Source: the human T2T-CHM13v2.0 reference genome, Homo sapiens. Taken from it: 64,000 nucleotides of DNA. The notes beneath the pieces were generated by a model that was not told the origin of the DNA, made no database searches, and saw nothing but the letters and a program-made list of their open reading frames with translations. The position numbers and the translations under genes are program-made. Where the stretch lies: NCBI RefSeq assembly GCF_009914755.1, contig NC_060935.1; one strand, 5' to 3'. This document shows, piece after piece, positions 12,337 through 27,560 of the stretch. Numbering within the stretch: the first letter of the stretch is position 1; every line of letters begins with the position of its first letter.

Positions 12337-12400
12337 ATCTATCTATCATCTATCTATCATCTATATATCTATTGTCTACCTATATGTTTCTATCATCTTT
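12288..12400. repeat. (TATC)n microsatellite, degenerate at the 3' end
   Basis: Direct reading. Confidence 0.95.
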
Positions 12401-12984
12401 AATTTTTTGTCAAACTAGTTTCTGAGGAAATCTTTTAATGTTGTGATGACGTGCAGGCTGTTTTAAGGCAACATTTTCTATTGTAACTTAGCAATTTCTG
12501 AGCTCACAAAATTCTGTTTTCTTTCACTGTATGCCTATCCAAGTGATTATCTCCTAGATCATTGCTTTCTCAAAATCACAACTGCCCATGTGGAAAAGTA
12601 ATGGCAACAAAACTTGATCTAAATTTTGAAGATATTTCTCTGAGACTTAACATTCTCTCGATATCCATCTCCTCATGCCTAGAACTGCTTTTCTTCCCCT
12701 TATTATACAGAATGACTGATATTCTCTAGGTGATGTATCTTATTCATATCATAGATATGATCTTTTAGTAAACAGCTTAGATTCCAGTTGACTGTGCTGT
12801 GTGTGAAGACTGTTGTGTGTACAAACTTATATAATAGAGTACTCTTTTTCTATTCTCTACATCTTAGTGTTTCCGCAAAGAAACCACTCATGTGCTTATT
12901 TTTCTTTGTTACGAAAGCTTTACTAATACATTCAAAATGTCTGTCAAGTTAATATTAACATTCCCAAGTTAGTGTTTATTATTT

Positions 12985-15415
12985 TAAAATAATTTTACTA
13001 TAAATTGACAATTATAATTGTATGTCTGTGGAATATGGGATAATGCCATAAATGTATTAATACAGTGTGAAATAATTAAATTAACCTAATTATTGTGTGT
13101 GTGTGTGTGTGTGTGTGTGTGGTGAGAAAATTTGAAATGTACTCTCAGCTATTTTGAGATACACAATATGCTATTATTAATGGTATTCACCATGCTGCAC
13201 AATAGATCTCAAAAAAATAAAACTACGCCTCCTAGATGAGATTTGTAACCTTTGACAAGCATCTTCCCATTCCTCCACCCCTATCCGCTGTAACCACTAT
13301 TCTACTCTCTGCTTCTATGAGTTCAATTGTTTTAGATTCCACATATGTGAGAAAATCACATACTGTTTTTCTGTGTCTGGTTTATTTCACTTAGCATGAT
13401 GTTCTCCAATTACATCTATATTGTCACAAATGACAATTTCCTTCTTCTTTATGGGTGAATAGTATTTCGTTGTGTATAAATACCACATTTTCTTTATTCA
13501 TTTATTTTTTGATGGACACTTAGGTTGATTTCACGACTTGGCTATTATAAATATTGCTGCAATGAACATGACAGTGCAGACTTCTCTTCAACAAACTGCT
13601 TTCAGATCTATTACATAAATACCCAAAGGTGGAATTTCTGGATCACATGGCAATTCTATTTTGTTTTTGGAGGAACCTCCAAAGAGTTTTCTGTAATGGC
13701 TGTTCTAATTTACATCCTCACCAACAGTGTACAAGTGTTCCCTTTTCCTCATATCCTCATCAACACTTATCTGTTGTCTTTTTGATAAAACCATTCTGGC
13801 AATTGTGAGATATCTCACTGTAGTTTTAATTTGCATTCCCCTAATTATTAGCAGTATCCAGTATTTTTTAATATATCTGTTGGCTATTTGTATGTCTTCT
13901 TCTGAGAAATATCTATTCAGGCCTCTGGCCTATTTTTTGATTATGTTCTTTGTTTTCTTGCTATTGAATTTTTTGAGATGCTTATATTTTGGATATTAAC
14001 CTCTTATCAAATGTGTGGTTTTCAAACATCTTCTTTCAATACATAGGTTTTCTCTTCACGCTGTTTTTATTTTCTGTGCGGAAACTTTTTAGTTTGATAT
14101 AATTTCGTTTGACTACTTTTTGTTTTATTGCCTTTATTTTTGGTGTCAAATCAAAACAATAATTGCCTCAGACAAATGTCATGTACTTTATCTCTGCACA
14201 CATTTTTTTCCTTGTAGTTTTACAGTTTCTTGTCTTAAGTATTTAATCCATATTCTTTTATCTATTGTGTTAGATAAGGGACCAATTTTATTCTTCTGCA
14301 TATAGATATCCAGTTTCTACAAACTGTTTTCTGAATAGACTATCCTTTTCTATTGTATATTTGTGGCACTTTTGTTGTATTCCAATTGTTTGTATGTATG
14401 GGTGTAGATTCATTTCTGAGCTCTCTATTGTGTGTCATTAGTTATGTAGCTATCTTTGTTACCAATATGATGTTGTTTTAATTAACACAGTTTTGTACTG
14501 TAGTTTGAAACAAGGTAGTATAATGACTCCAGATTTGTTCTTTTTTGCATATGATTGGCTTGTCAATTCAAGTTTTTTGTGTGTTTCTATGTGAATTTTA
14601 GGACTGCTTTTCCAATTTCTAAGAAATATGACATTGGAATTTTGATAGGGATTATATAGCACCTGTAGATTTCTTTGGGTAGTATGTATATTTTAACAAT
14701 GGCAGTTTTTCAAATCCATGAACATGGGATATATTTCCATTTATTCATGTCTCCTTCAAATTCTTTCATCAATGTTTTATAGGTTTTGGTGCGTAGATCC
14801 TTCACTTCCTTGCTTAAATTTATTCCTAAGTATTTTATTTTTTGTAGCTATTGTAGGTGGGATTTTTCCCTTGATTTCTTTTGCAAATAACTTATTTATT
14901 GGTATATAGACATGCTGCTGATTTTTGTAGGTTGATTTTGTATCCTGTAACTTTACTGCAGTTGTTTATTAGTTCTAAACGTTTTTTGGTGGATTATTTA
15001 GGGTTTTAAAATATACGATTAAATTATCAGCAAACAGTTACAGTTTCACTTCTTTCTTTTCTTTTCGAATGCCTTTTATTTATCTATCATGCCTAATTTC
15101 TCTGGCAAGCACATGGATAACTACATTGATTCGAAATGCTCAGAGTGGGCGTTGGTATCTTGTTCCAAATAGACGACTGACTTTCAAGTTTTTATCATTG
15201 AGTAAAATGTTAGCTGCAGGCTTCTCATATATGGTCTTTACTTATTGAATTACATTCCTTCTATACCTAATTTGATGAGAGTTTTTATTATGAATGTGTT
15301 GAATTTTGCCCAGTGCTTTTTCTGCATCTAATGAGATGACCATAATTTTTGTCTTTCATTCTGCTGATGTGATACATCACATTTATCAATTTATGTATAG
15401 TGAATAATCCTTCAA
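12985..15415 (-). mobile_element. L1MA 3' ~2.4 kb, with (TG)n at 13094-13121
   Basis: 3'UTR and ORF2 C-terminal similarity; ORF 14459-14662 is an ORF2-like remnant. Confidence 0.88.
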
Positions 15416-15930
15416 TGAACCAATCTGAAACTGAGGATTTATTTTTTGAAACATATTATTTAATTTCAAATACATGTCTTTATTAATTATAGGGTTATTT
15501 AAATTTTCTCTCTTATTGGGTGGGTTGCATTTGTGTTTTTCAAGAAATTGTTCTGTTTCACCTAATTGTCAAAATTGTTTGGGTGGAATTGTTTGCAGTG
15601 TTTCTTTTTTATTATGCTAATGTTCGCAGCATCTGTAGTAATATCCTCTGTTTTATTCGTGATATTGATCATTTGAGCTCTCTATCTCCCTCTTTCTATC
15701 TACATCTGTCTCTTGGTAATCTACAATCATACCAATTGTATTCACCTTTTAAAGAGTCAATTTTTGTGTCATTAACTTTCTCTATTTTTTAATGTTTTTG
15801 TTTATTCACTCTTTTTTTCTGTTTGCTTTTAATTATTTTCTTTTTCTAGTATCTAGAGGTAGGTGCTTGGGTTATTGGTTTCAATGTTTTCTCATGTGTG
15901 CATTTAGTACTATAAATTTCCCTTTCTGCT
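15416..15930 (-). mobile_element. Older L1M ORF2 fragment
   Basis: CAAGAAATTGTTCTGTTTCACCTAATTGTC; GCATTTAGTACTATAAATTTCCCT. Confidence 0.65.
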
Positions 15931-15979
15931 GATCAAATTTTAACCATTTCCTTAATTTTAAAAATATTAAGATAATGGA

Positions 15980-16153
15980 AAGGACGTGGTGCTGCATGCC
16001 TGTAGTCCCAGCTATTGGAGAAGTTGAGGTAGGAGGATCACATCAGCCTAGGGTTAAGACTGTAATGAGCCATGGTCAGTCACGCCACTGCACTCCAGCC
16101 TGGGGCAACAGGATGAGACCCCTACCTCCAAAAAAAAAAAAAAAAAAAAAAAA
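15980..16153 (+). mobile_element. FRAM/FAM-type Alu right monomer
   Basis: Single diverged monomer with poly(A). Confidence 0.8.
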
Positions 16154-16203
16154 GATTTTGGATGGTTGTCTTACTGTTTTAAAGGGTAAATGCATATATA
16201 GGT

Positions 16204-16502
<299 letters not shown>

Positions 16503-16607
16503 GAATGTAGTTATATATTGCGAATTTGCCTCCATATGTGTTTTACCACTTTTTACTTTTACTGGCATTGTATGAGAGAGTGCTTGTTTCCCTCACTGTC
16601 TCACTAA

Positions 16608-16945
<338 letters not shown>

Positions 16946-16961
16946 AAGTATTTGCATATTT

Positions 16962-17259
<298 letters not shown>

Positions 17260-18197
17260 CAAGTGTTTGCATATTTATAAAGAAAAGGTTGAGAAGTGGC
17301 ACCTCAGTATAACTTAATTTGCTTTTCTCTTACTGTAAGTGATTGGGGTTTACTTTTCATGTGTGTAAGAGTGATTTGTATGCTTTGATGTAAACTCTTT
17401 GTTTTGCCCTATATTGTTTCGTTTGTGAGAACTCTCATTTAATATTTTACTTTGACATTGTTTGTGATTTTGTTTCATTATGAAATCCTTTTTTAATAAG
17501 TTGTAAGAAAATTTATCAAAATTTTAAAAATTTCATCTCAATTTTAAGTTATAGTTGGAAGCTTTTTTCTGTGTTCAGATATGTCAGCCAATTCATGTTT
17601 TAATTAATATATTTATGTTTTTAATATACAGATCTCTTTCCAGTAACAAAAATATTGTGTTGTTTAACATGAGCCACGAGTCAGGTTTTATTACTTCCAA
17701 ATGGCTATTAAAAGATCCTGTGAATTGGATTTTGCAATGTACTTATTTCCCTTTCTGGACTTTATATTTTGTTCCCCTGGTCTGTCAGTCTATTTATATA
17801 CTAGTGCACCACTTCAATTTTGGAAGCCTTATAAATATTTTAATATTTGGAAAGGATGTTTACCTTTTCATTAGCATTTTTATTAAATATCTTTTATTAC
17901 ATGAAATGCTTGTTTTTCTATATAAATTCTACAATCATCTTGTCACTTCCGGGAGGACAATAAAACACAGACAATAAAACTTTGTATTTATATTTGGATT
18001 GTACCAAATTTGCATATTCATTTGCAGAAAAATTTTACATGGCTAAGTTATCCTATTGAAGAAGTGAAGATGGTTTCCCATTTACTCAGGTGACCTCTGT
18101 GTCTTTTAGGAGTGTTTCATTTTAACATTCCTTTGTTACTATCTTTAACATTTTTATTGAAGTATAAAATTATCTGTGTTTAAATGATTGAGGTATG

Positions 18198-18560
18198 TAA
18201 AGTAAACGAATTTTAATTGTACAGCTTAATGAATTTATATATATATTTGATGAATTTATACATATATATGTTTGGCGAATTTATACATATACATGTATAT
18301 ATTTGTATAGACCAACGTATCCACCACTACCACCTCCATCAGAAACAGAATATTTGCAGCACTGTACATAGTTTAGTCATGTTCCTTCATGACTAAAGTA
18401 AATGAGTCTTAATTGTACAGCTTGGTGAATTTATACATATATATGGTAAATTTATACATATATACATATATACTTGTACAGACCAACCTATCCATCATTA
18501 CCACCTCCATCAGAAACTGAATATTTGCAGCACTGTACATGGTTTAGTCATGTTCCTTCA
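18198..18560. repeat. Local tandem duplication (192 bp + 167 bp units) in an old L1M 3' end
   Basis: TAAAGTAAA...GTTCCTTCA occurs twice; internal GAATTTATACATAT unit present 3x and 2x. Confidence 0.93.
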
Positions 18561-18599
18561 CAATCAATACCATATTCTGTCCTCAAAATAACCATTTTT

Positions 18600-18960
18600 C
18601 TGTGACTAAAAATTAGCATTTCTATCTGACATTTTTATTGACGAGTAATGACCAAGCATTTTGAAGAATGTTCTTCAAATTGGATTTATCTGAAGTTTTC
18701 TTATGATTATACTAAGCTTATGTTTTTTAAAAAGAATATCACAAAAGTTATGTGCTCTTTTCATTACAACACATCGGGGCTATATGATATACATAAAATT
18801 CATTATGAGTGATGTTCATCTTAATTATTTGGATGAAGGAATATCTATCAGGTTTTTCCATTCTAAGGTTACTATTTTTATAATTCTCCAGTCTGTTTAT
18901 TAGAAGTCAGTCATTAGCAGTGCACTTTCAACGGAAAAGGAGTCAAGCTCTACTTTTATC
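18600..18960 (-). mobile_element. L1MC4-like 3' fragment
   Basis: AGAATGTTCTTCAAATTGGATTTATCTGA...AAGAATATCACAAAAG...TAAGGTTACTATTTTT. Confidence 0.65.
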
Positions 18961-19873
18961 CCTAACTTTCATATAATGTGGGCTGCCTGGGAAAAAAAGC
19001 TTACAAAAGTGTGTAAACTTCTGAGTCCGGGGTCACTGTGGGCTTCCTACTCACACACTAGCCAATGGTTGGATTTTAACAACTAATTAAACATTTCCAG
19101 GCAAATGTTCATATAAGTTCTTTTGCAGGCTATCTCCCAGATAATTCTATTTTGGATTCTATTTATTCCAGAAGGCACTTTTTCTTCTTATTCTGGGATT
19201 CAAATTATACATAAATTGGTACTTCATGTCAATCTTGTACACTTTTTATACATTCCCAAGTTTTATCTCTCTGTACCTCATTCTGGATATTTATTCAGTT
19301 TTATCTATCTGTTTTATAATTTTCTCTACAGGTCTGCTTAATCCCTGGTAAATCTGTCACTGAATAATTCCATTTTTATGCTTTGTACTACATTTTAATT
19401 GAGGATTTTTTGTTATTTTCTTTCCTGTACTTTTCATTGTTTTCTGTTAGTTATGAGATTAACATTTACTATTTATGTTTTAAAATAGTTATTTTGAAGT
19501 TATTATTAGATATCAGATTATTTTTATGGTGTATTGCCCACTATGTTTATGGTTACATTTTGTTTTAGCAGACTCAATAGTTTCTTAATACACTCAGAAA
19601 AGAAAATTATTTGAATATATGTGTCAATTCAGGAGAGACACTTTAGTTGCATCTTATTGTTATTCCTAGTTTGTACTTCTTCAGGATCCCACAAAAAAAA
19701 AAAAAAAAAGCAAGAAATTTCACCCACATGTTTCCACTTCGGTGAACCCTGAAGTCTATTTGGTGTCTGACCCATGAATCTATAAACCACTCTGTTTTCT
19801 CATCTTCTATGCTACCATTTTAGGGAGTAGAATATTTCCTAAGGATTAAATCAGTCCCAAATGTGGGGCTTAA

Positions 19874-20220
<347 letters not shown>

Positions 20221-21508
20221 CCTCCTTGTTCTTAATGCAACAAATTCTCCCTTATTTGACGCGAGTTTCATACAAGAAGAGATAATTGCTTTTGTCTATT
20301 TTTTCCTCACTTTTTTCAAACAGAAGAGTTAGGGCAAAAATAAATCTACTCAGCCATTTATAGAAGCAACTTTTTTTCAATCTTATTTTACACATGTTAT
20401 TTTGTAACCAAGCGGAGACTTTAAATACTATTTAAATATATCAAATGTTTACAGTTTGAAAGTGTCTATTCAGATAAAATAGTGATGTTTAACTTAGTAA
20501 ACTAGAATGATTAAAGTTTTGATGTTCACTGTAGAGAAATGATACAAAAACTGTTCTATATTTCCACTATAAAAGACTAAGTTATTAATCAAATAGTAAT
20601 AAAATTGAAGTATAGGCAAATAAGATTCTAATTAACTTGAGGAAAACTATGAGTCAATTAGCACTGCAATGAAATATAACAACCAAATCTATCATATGCC
20701 AAAATAACTTCTGTCCTCCAAAAAAAGGTGAGAACATATGTACATATATGAAACTACATTTAATTACCTATATTTTAATAAAATATTTACTATATATATC
20801 CATATATACATAGTAGCTATTTCCTCCCTTTTAAATCTCCTCAAAGCATTTGGTTTAGTCGGAGAGCAAAATATTGTATGTATTAATAAAAAGTTAATTT
20901 CAAATTGATATTAAAAAATTAATATGTCATTTTTTATGTGTCATGAGCTAACATACTCGAACACTTATTTGACATCTTAACCTAATTCATTGTTTGAAAA
21001 GATTTGTCTATTTGAATGTGTTAAAAGTAGAATTTCAAATATTTAATATTATTAAAAAATTACATATCTTGTGATTTTTAGTTATCATAACAATAATGTT
21101 CTTTATTCTTAATCCAAAAGTTAATTCTGTAGCAAAATAAATAAGTAAATGAGACAAGGAAAGGTAAGTAGTAAATTACCAGCCTAGAAAAATGTCTAGT
21201 TAAATATATATGCTGGTAATCACATATTTTTAGTCAATGTCTGCTTCTTTTCAAATGGCTGGACACTGTAGATGAACCTTCTTTTACTCATTTATCTCTC
21301 CATATTTACCCTGCGGTAGAAAAAATAATTAATCAAGAATGTTGATGTAAAATGCTTGTACTTATTCCTTTGAGTATGTGATTGAGCAGAGTAGAGACTT
21401 AAAAGTGTATTTTGAACTAAAACTCTACCTACCTAATTTCTGAAAAGCTTACTGCTACATATCCATTCTAAAGAGTGATTTATATGTCTTTCCAGCAATA
21501 GTATGTAG

Positions 21509-21807
<299 letters not shown>

Positions 21808-21834
21808 CACGCCCACTTTTAATTTTTCAGTGTG

Positions 21835-21898
21835 ATGAAGTAGAAATTTGCTTCCCACGAAGTAGAAATTTGTTCCCATGAAGTAGAAATTTGCTCCC
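21835..21898. repeat. 3 x ~22-bp minisatellite (AYGAAGTAGAAATTTGCTTCCC)
   Basis: Direct reading. Confidence 0.92.
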
Positions 21899-24744
21899 TT
21901 TTTTGAGAATATTTTTCATTAAATAAATCATCTAACATGATATATAAATGATATAACTATGTAACTATGTTGTTCAGCTAATTCAAAACATTATGTTACA
22001 TTAAACATTTTATGGATAAAATCAAGCTAACTTTCAATAAGAAAGCTTAATGAATTAAATAATAGAGAAAAGTTTACACCTGCTAAGTCAAATCCAAATA
22101 TAAAAAAAATCTTTCATCTAGACTACACATCAAATCCTGAATTTAATTGATGTTGATGTAACCAGCTTAATGACGTTCTAAAATGCACTTATAGCCAAAG
22201 TACTGATTGAATTTGCTTTAGTGACTTGGTGATAAATTTATAGAGTAAGATTTAGAAATAATTGTGGTACCTTAAATGTGTCTCAAGCAGTAAGACTTTT
22301 CTCTCCCATTTTTTTCTATTTTGTATTTTTTCTAATACCTCTAATTTGATAAAATTGGAGGTTAATATCAAACAGCAAATTTAAATTAAAACATCTCTGT
22401 AGTTGGATTCTTCAAGCCAATTGGGAAAAAATAAGCTTTTAATTAGTGGGTTATAATAGCAAACCTACATTTATAATTACAAAAATATTGTTTGTACAAA
22501 AATCTTCAATTATAAAAGGAATGTGTACTTAATTAGCATTTATTAATATAATATATGATCAATAATCTCTACATGTAATTAGTAAAATACCTTGAGTCAG
22601 AATGAACATTATTTACTATTTATTATGCTATCTAGATATCAAATATCTAGATTTCATATAATTGTCTCTACTCCTATTAGTGAAATTTAATAGCATTGTG
22701 AAAAGTAAATATTTTGACATTCCATCTCTACATTGATCTACTTCCTTAAGAGTAAAATTATACGTATGATCAATAACACCAAGCCTGTCATCAATTAGTT
22801 TCATTTTTGTCCCTTTCTGTTCTCATGAAACTTTCCATGTAAATCATCACACCCAAAAAACCAGTGTATTGATATGTTGCTATGGAAAAATTACACTGCA
22901 ACTTAAATTTCATGGGATTAGATGGTCATTCTTGATATATATCTCCTCTAACACTCAAAACCACTGAAGAAATATCACGATGTTATTAAAAGCTACAAAT
23001 GTACAGGGCTAGAAAATATACAGCTCCAAGATGCCAAGAAAATGAAATTAAGAGAGAGCAGGTTGTGGAAATATTTGTATAAGCTTTCATGGTTCAGAGT
23101 TGAAAAGTAGCTGTAATGATACCATTCCAAAAACACTTTAGGGACATGTTAGGAAGCATTACACCGATTACTTTAATGTTCGGTTATGGTCAAAATCTTG
23201 GCAACTCTTTTAAAAGTGTTTAACTAGGGAAATATTTGGAAAAGCATCACTTGATTTAAGCTTGTGTATACTGCCTTAACAAATGAACAGAATGTATGGT
23301 GTATTTGATATAAGTAGGGCTTCTATTGCCACTGAATACTGTCAAACCGCTTTTCCAAAATTTATAAAACATTTTTAAAGCCAATTTCTATAAGAGTAAA
23401 TGAAGAAAATTGACCATTTTTTTCTACTCATGGATAAATATTTTACACAGTTAAGACACGGGTAAAATGTCTTCTTCCCAATTAAAGGCTATCTGATGTA
23501 ACTTCAATTGAAAATAGTAAAGCAGAAGTCTTTAATTTTTTAGTAAATATTGAACCCCACAAACCTCAAGTTAGCAGTCAAGAAATAATGTTCTATTAGA
23601 CATTAGCCAATTTTGAAGAAAGTGTGATTAATTATTCAAAGATTCTTATAAAGAGGGTCATTCAATTTATTAGCCCATGAAAATTTTTCCATGCCCTTAA
23701 CATTTTAGGAGCTTTTATCTATGCTATATAATATTACTGAATACCATTGATGTATAAGTTGAAGCTCAGATATTACAAACTACTCTTTCCATACTAATAG
23801 TTAGTTGTAAGTGATAAAGTGAGTCATTTATGCTTCTGTAAAGAAAGGTGAAAAAAAGTAATCTGGGAAATATGGAGTTAACTAGAATGTGAGTAGAAAA
23901 AATATTCTACTAATTATAATATTCTAAAATATTCTAATTCGAATAATATTCTAGAATATTTGTTCCTGCAGAAGAAATAGTTGTTGCATACAAAGTAATC
24001 ATTTTAGACAAAGTATTTCTTAAAAATGTTTCTGAATTTTAATCGACTATTTGAGCACTACTTATTATTAAAATACACTCAATAAATGAATATTTTAAAG
24101 TGGAATAAACTTTTTTTTGCTTCCTTATTTACATATCTTTCCTTCAATTGCCTAACAGTCTTTTCTGTCTCTTTTAAAACATCTATGTTTATTTTTTTAC
24201 TTCTATTTTATTTATGTAGCCAACACATTAGGCTGGCATTCGTCATAAGTAACTTGCCAAAAAAAATTATCAACTTTCACTTATCTATACACTTTTATGG
24301 CAGAAAAATATGTCACCATTCTACATATATCATTTTCTAGGTTCCCTTAATGTATTTAGAGAAAGGCATTCCAATTTTGACCTAAAAATATGTAATTAAT
24401 ATTGCCTTGTCATGAATGGATGAAAGTGTGAGAGAGGCTTTCTACCGGATATTGATAAAGATATCCTAGACAGATCAAGACATTACACTTTATATCTAAT
24501 ACCCAAGTCCCATATTTCAGCAGCAAAAATCATAAATTTGATTGACATATTCAGTTCACTTTCCGTCAACCTAACAATAAAAAAGAATACTCTTTTATAG
24601 CAAATTTTTTGAAAGAAAAATTAAATCTATAGGCAATGCTTGCTTTTATTGTTTTTGTGAAAATAAAAAAAATTGTCAGCGAAGGTTTCTTTAATAAACT
24701 AGGCTTTGTTATACATAAACCAACATTGATTTATGTCATATAAG

Positions 24745-25220
24745 CCAGCATTTGTTTAGTATGTGCCAGACATTATGTTACTTTAAATATATTATTTATT
24801 TTAAACATTGTAAGCATGAAATTATCATGTCTCCTTCATACGGATAAGAAAACAATGGGCCGGGCGTGGTGGCTCACGCCTGTAATCCCAGCACTTTGGG
24901 AGGCCGAGACGGGTGGATCACGAGGTCAGGAGATCGAGACCATCCTGGTTAACACAGTGAAACCCCGTCTCTACTAAAAATATAAAAAAATTAGCCGGGC
25001 GTGGTGGTGGGCGCCTGTAGTCCCAGCTACTCTGGAGGCTGAGGCAGGAGAATGGCACGTGAACCCGGGAGGCAGAGCTTGCAGTGAGCCGAGATGGCGC
25101 CACTGCGCTCCAGCCTGGGCGACAAAGCAAGACTCCGTCTCAAAAAGAAAAAAAAAAAAGAAAACAATGACTTAACACAAGCCTGCATAGCTAGTGTATC
25201 AGAGCCAGAGATTAAAATTA
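24745..25220 (-). mobile_element. MIR split by AluY
   Basis: TATGTGCCAGACATT...GGATAAGAAAAC | CATAGCTAGTGTATCAGAGCCAG. Confidence 0.65.
24858..25157 (+). mobile_element. AluY, CpG-rich
   Basis: Perfect TSD AAGAAAACAATG at 24846-24857 and 25158-25169. Confidence 0.97.
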
Positions 25221-27024
25221 ATCATGCTATTAATATTTCCAAAGGAGAACTTTTTTACATGTATTACAAAAGCATAGAAAGCACATAATCTTTTGTTGGC
25301 CAGGATAAATTGTCATAATTTAGAAATCATCACTTTTCACTTTGTTGATTGTCTTTCCAGATTGCTGTCCATGAGGAATTAGTTTACATTTTCTCAGCCC
25401 TTTAATGATTATAAGAACTTGATTTGGCAGTGCTATGTAATTGTGACCGTCTCCCTCCAGTTCATTTTTTAAATTTACCTTTTTTTGTTCTAAGTGCTAA
25501 TAATATTAATTTAAAATAGAAGAAAGTATTGTTTCATGCTCTGGGAAAAACTTGTGAGTCATATGATTTTACTTGTGTTGAAATTGTAATTTAGATAATC
25601 AAAGTAAAGATGCATCTAGACATTCCCTTCTACTGTGAAAGCTGAGGCTTAGAGTTACTTGGCACAGTGTTTGGAATATATGATGCAATCTGTAGTCCCC
25701 TAGGGTATTTGTTCATTTACCTCATCTAAAAATTTTAAAATGTATTATTTCAGGGACGTAGATATTGTGTCTGTGGGTGAATTAGGAAGGCTTTCATGTA
25801 TATTGGTAAAGCAAACATGATAAGTAGGTACCTTCATTTAGATAAATACATGTTCCTCTATTCTCCAGAGGGGGGAAAAACCCTCAAAACTAAATATTGC
25901 TAATGGAAAAAGGATAATTTAGAAACTAGATTAACTTGGATAGTTTCCTTCTTTGATTATATTCCAGACTTAATTACTTTTCTCTCACTTTTCATGTTTA
26001 AAATTAAGCAACGAGACTCTAATCCCTAGCTTCGGACAGAAAGGTTTATTCATTGAGGAATCTGTTAAAGTATTTTATTCATATTCGGCAAGGCATGGAA
26101 TATTTTCCTACACATTTTACATTTGACAGACTGTAGATACGTAAATAGCAACAGATTTTTGTAAACATCAACAATGTTAGTCCAAGGTAAAATTTTTAAG
26201 TCTTACACTACCAAATTTTGATTCTTGCATTTTCTATTTCTTTTTCAATTTAATCTGTCTACCTCATACTTATATGGTATTTTATTATAACATTATTATA
26301 GTTAGCATAGAAAGAAATGTTGATGTGTTCAGAAGAAATTATTTGAGTTTTAAGCTTTCAAAAATATAATCTTATAATCAAAGGCTATGCAGCCCATAAA
26401 TGCAATTTCTTGAAAGAAGAACTTTCAAGGATATAAGGAGCCTTTTAGTTGTCCAAGATCTTATATTATACCTATGTTACCCCTATATGCACTTCCACTG
26501 CGGTAAATTGTTATCTCCTTTCAGGAGGCAAAGGGAGAAGGTAGTATGAATGGAAAGAGGGGCTCAGTTATCTTTTCTGAACTATTCCTTCTCCTTTCAC
26601 TCAGGCAATGACTCAAGCGATAGAGATTTATTTTCTAGGGACTAAAAAGAAGATAGAAGAAGACCTTAAAATTGTCAGCACTGAACATTGACTATTTCAA
26701 ACCTGGATTTTCCCTTGACTTTCATTCCATTTCCTTGCTATTAACTTCTAAATCCTCATCTACTTCTATCCCAGGTCAAATTCAGTGATCTAGCATTCGT
26801 TTTTATTCTGACTTAGACCGTAATATTCAACGTTATACAATAGTTTGACATACTATTCAAAAACTTTTTGTAACAGAGGTAGTCTGAAGAGTAAACTAGC
26901 ATGAGGAGTGGGGCACTAAAAATTTGGGATGGGAAGACAGAATGTTGTATGAGGACTTTCAATATATGTTTGAGTGTTTGTGTGGGTGTAAGAATGACAG
27001 AGAGAGAGGGAGTATTGTAAGACT

Positions 27025-27560
27025 GATAATTATTACCAAGAGAAAAAGTAACTTAAGATTTATTAAGCACTGATTATGTGCAAAGGACTATGACAAGTAC
27101 TTTATACATTGCATATTTAGTCCTGGTAGCAATTATATTAAATAATTATGAGTATTATCTCCATTTTACATGATGTCTTAGTCCACTTTGTAACACAATA
27201 TTTGAGAATGGGTGATGTATAAATAACAGAAATGTATTTATCGCAGCAGCTCTGAAGGCTAGGGAGTCCAAGATCATGGTGTTTGTATTTGGTGATGGTC
27301 TTCTCCTGACATCCACACATGGAAGAACAGAAAAGGGCAAACCTAGCCTGGCAAATTCCTTTTATAATGTTATTAATCCATTAGGTCCTACCTCTCAATG
27401 CTATTGCATTAATAATTAAGTTTTCAACATATAATTTTGGGGGTGAGGGAAACCTGTTCAAAGCATAGCATATGGAAATCAAGACGTAGTTAGTAAATAA
27501 TTTATCTCAATGTTATATAGTTAGTGAAAGAAAAGAGATACTAAAACCCAAGTCTCACTC
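27025..27560 (-). mobile_element. MIR split by an MLT1 LTR
   Basis: ATTTATTAAGCACTGATTATGTGC...CTCCATTTTACA | ...AAAACCCAAGTC. Confidence 0.65.
27174..27470 (-). mobile_element. MLT1A-type MaLR LTR
   Basis: TGTCTTAGTCC...AACAGAAATGTATTT...GAGTCCAAGATCA...TTCAAAGCATAGCA. Confidence 0.82.

Noticed and set aside
17555-17977. 140-aa hydrophobic ORF
   Set aside because: T-rich antisense strand of a decayed L1, giving a spurious F/L/I-rich frame.
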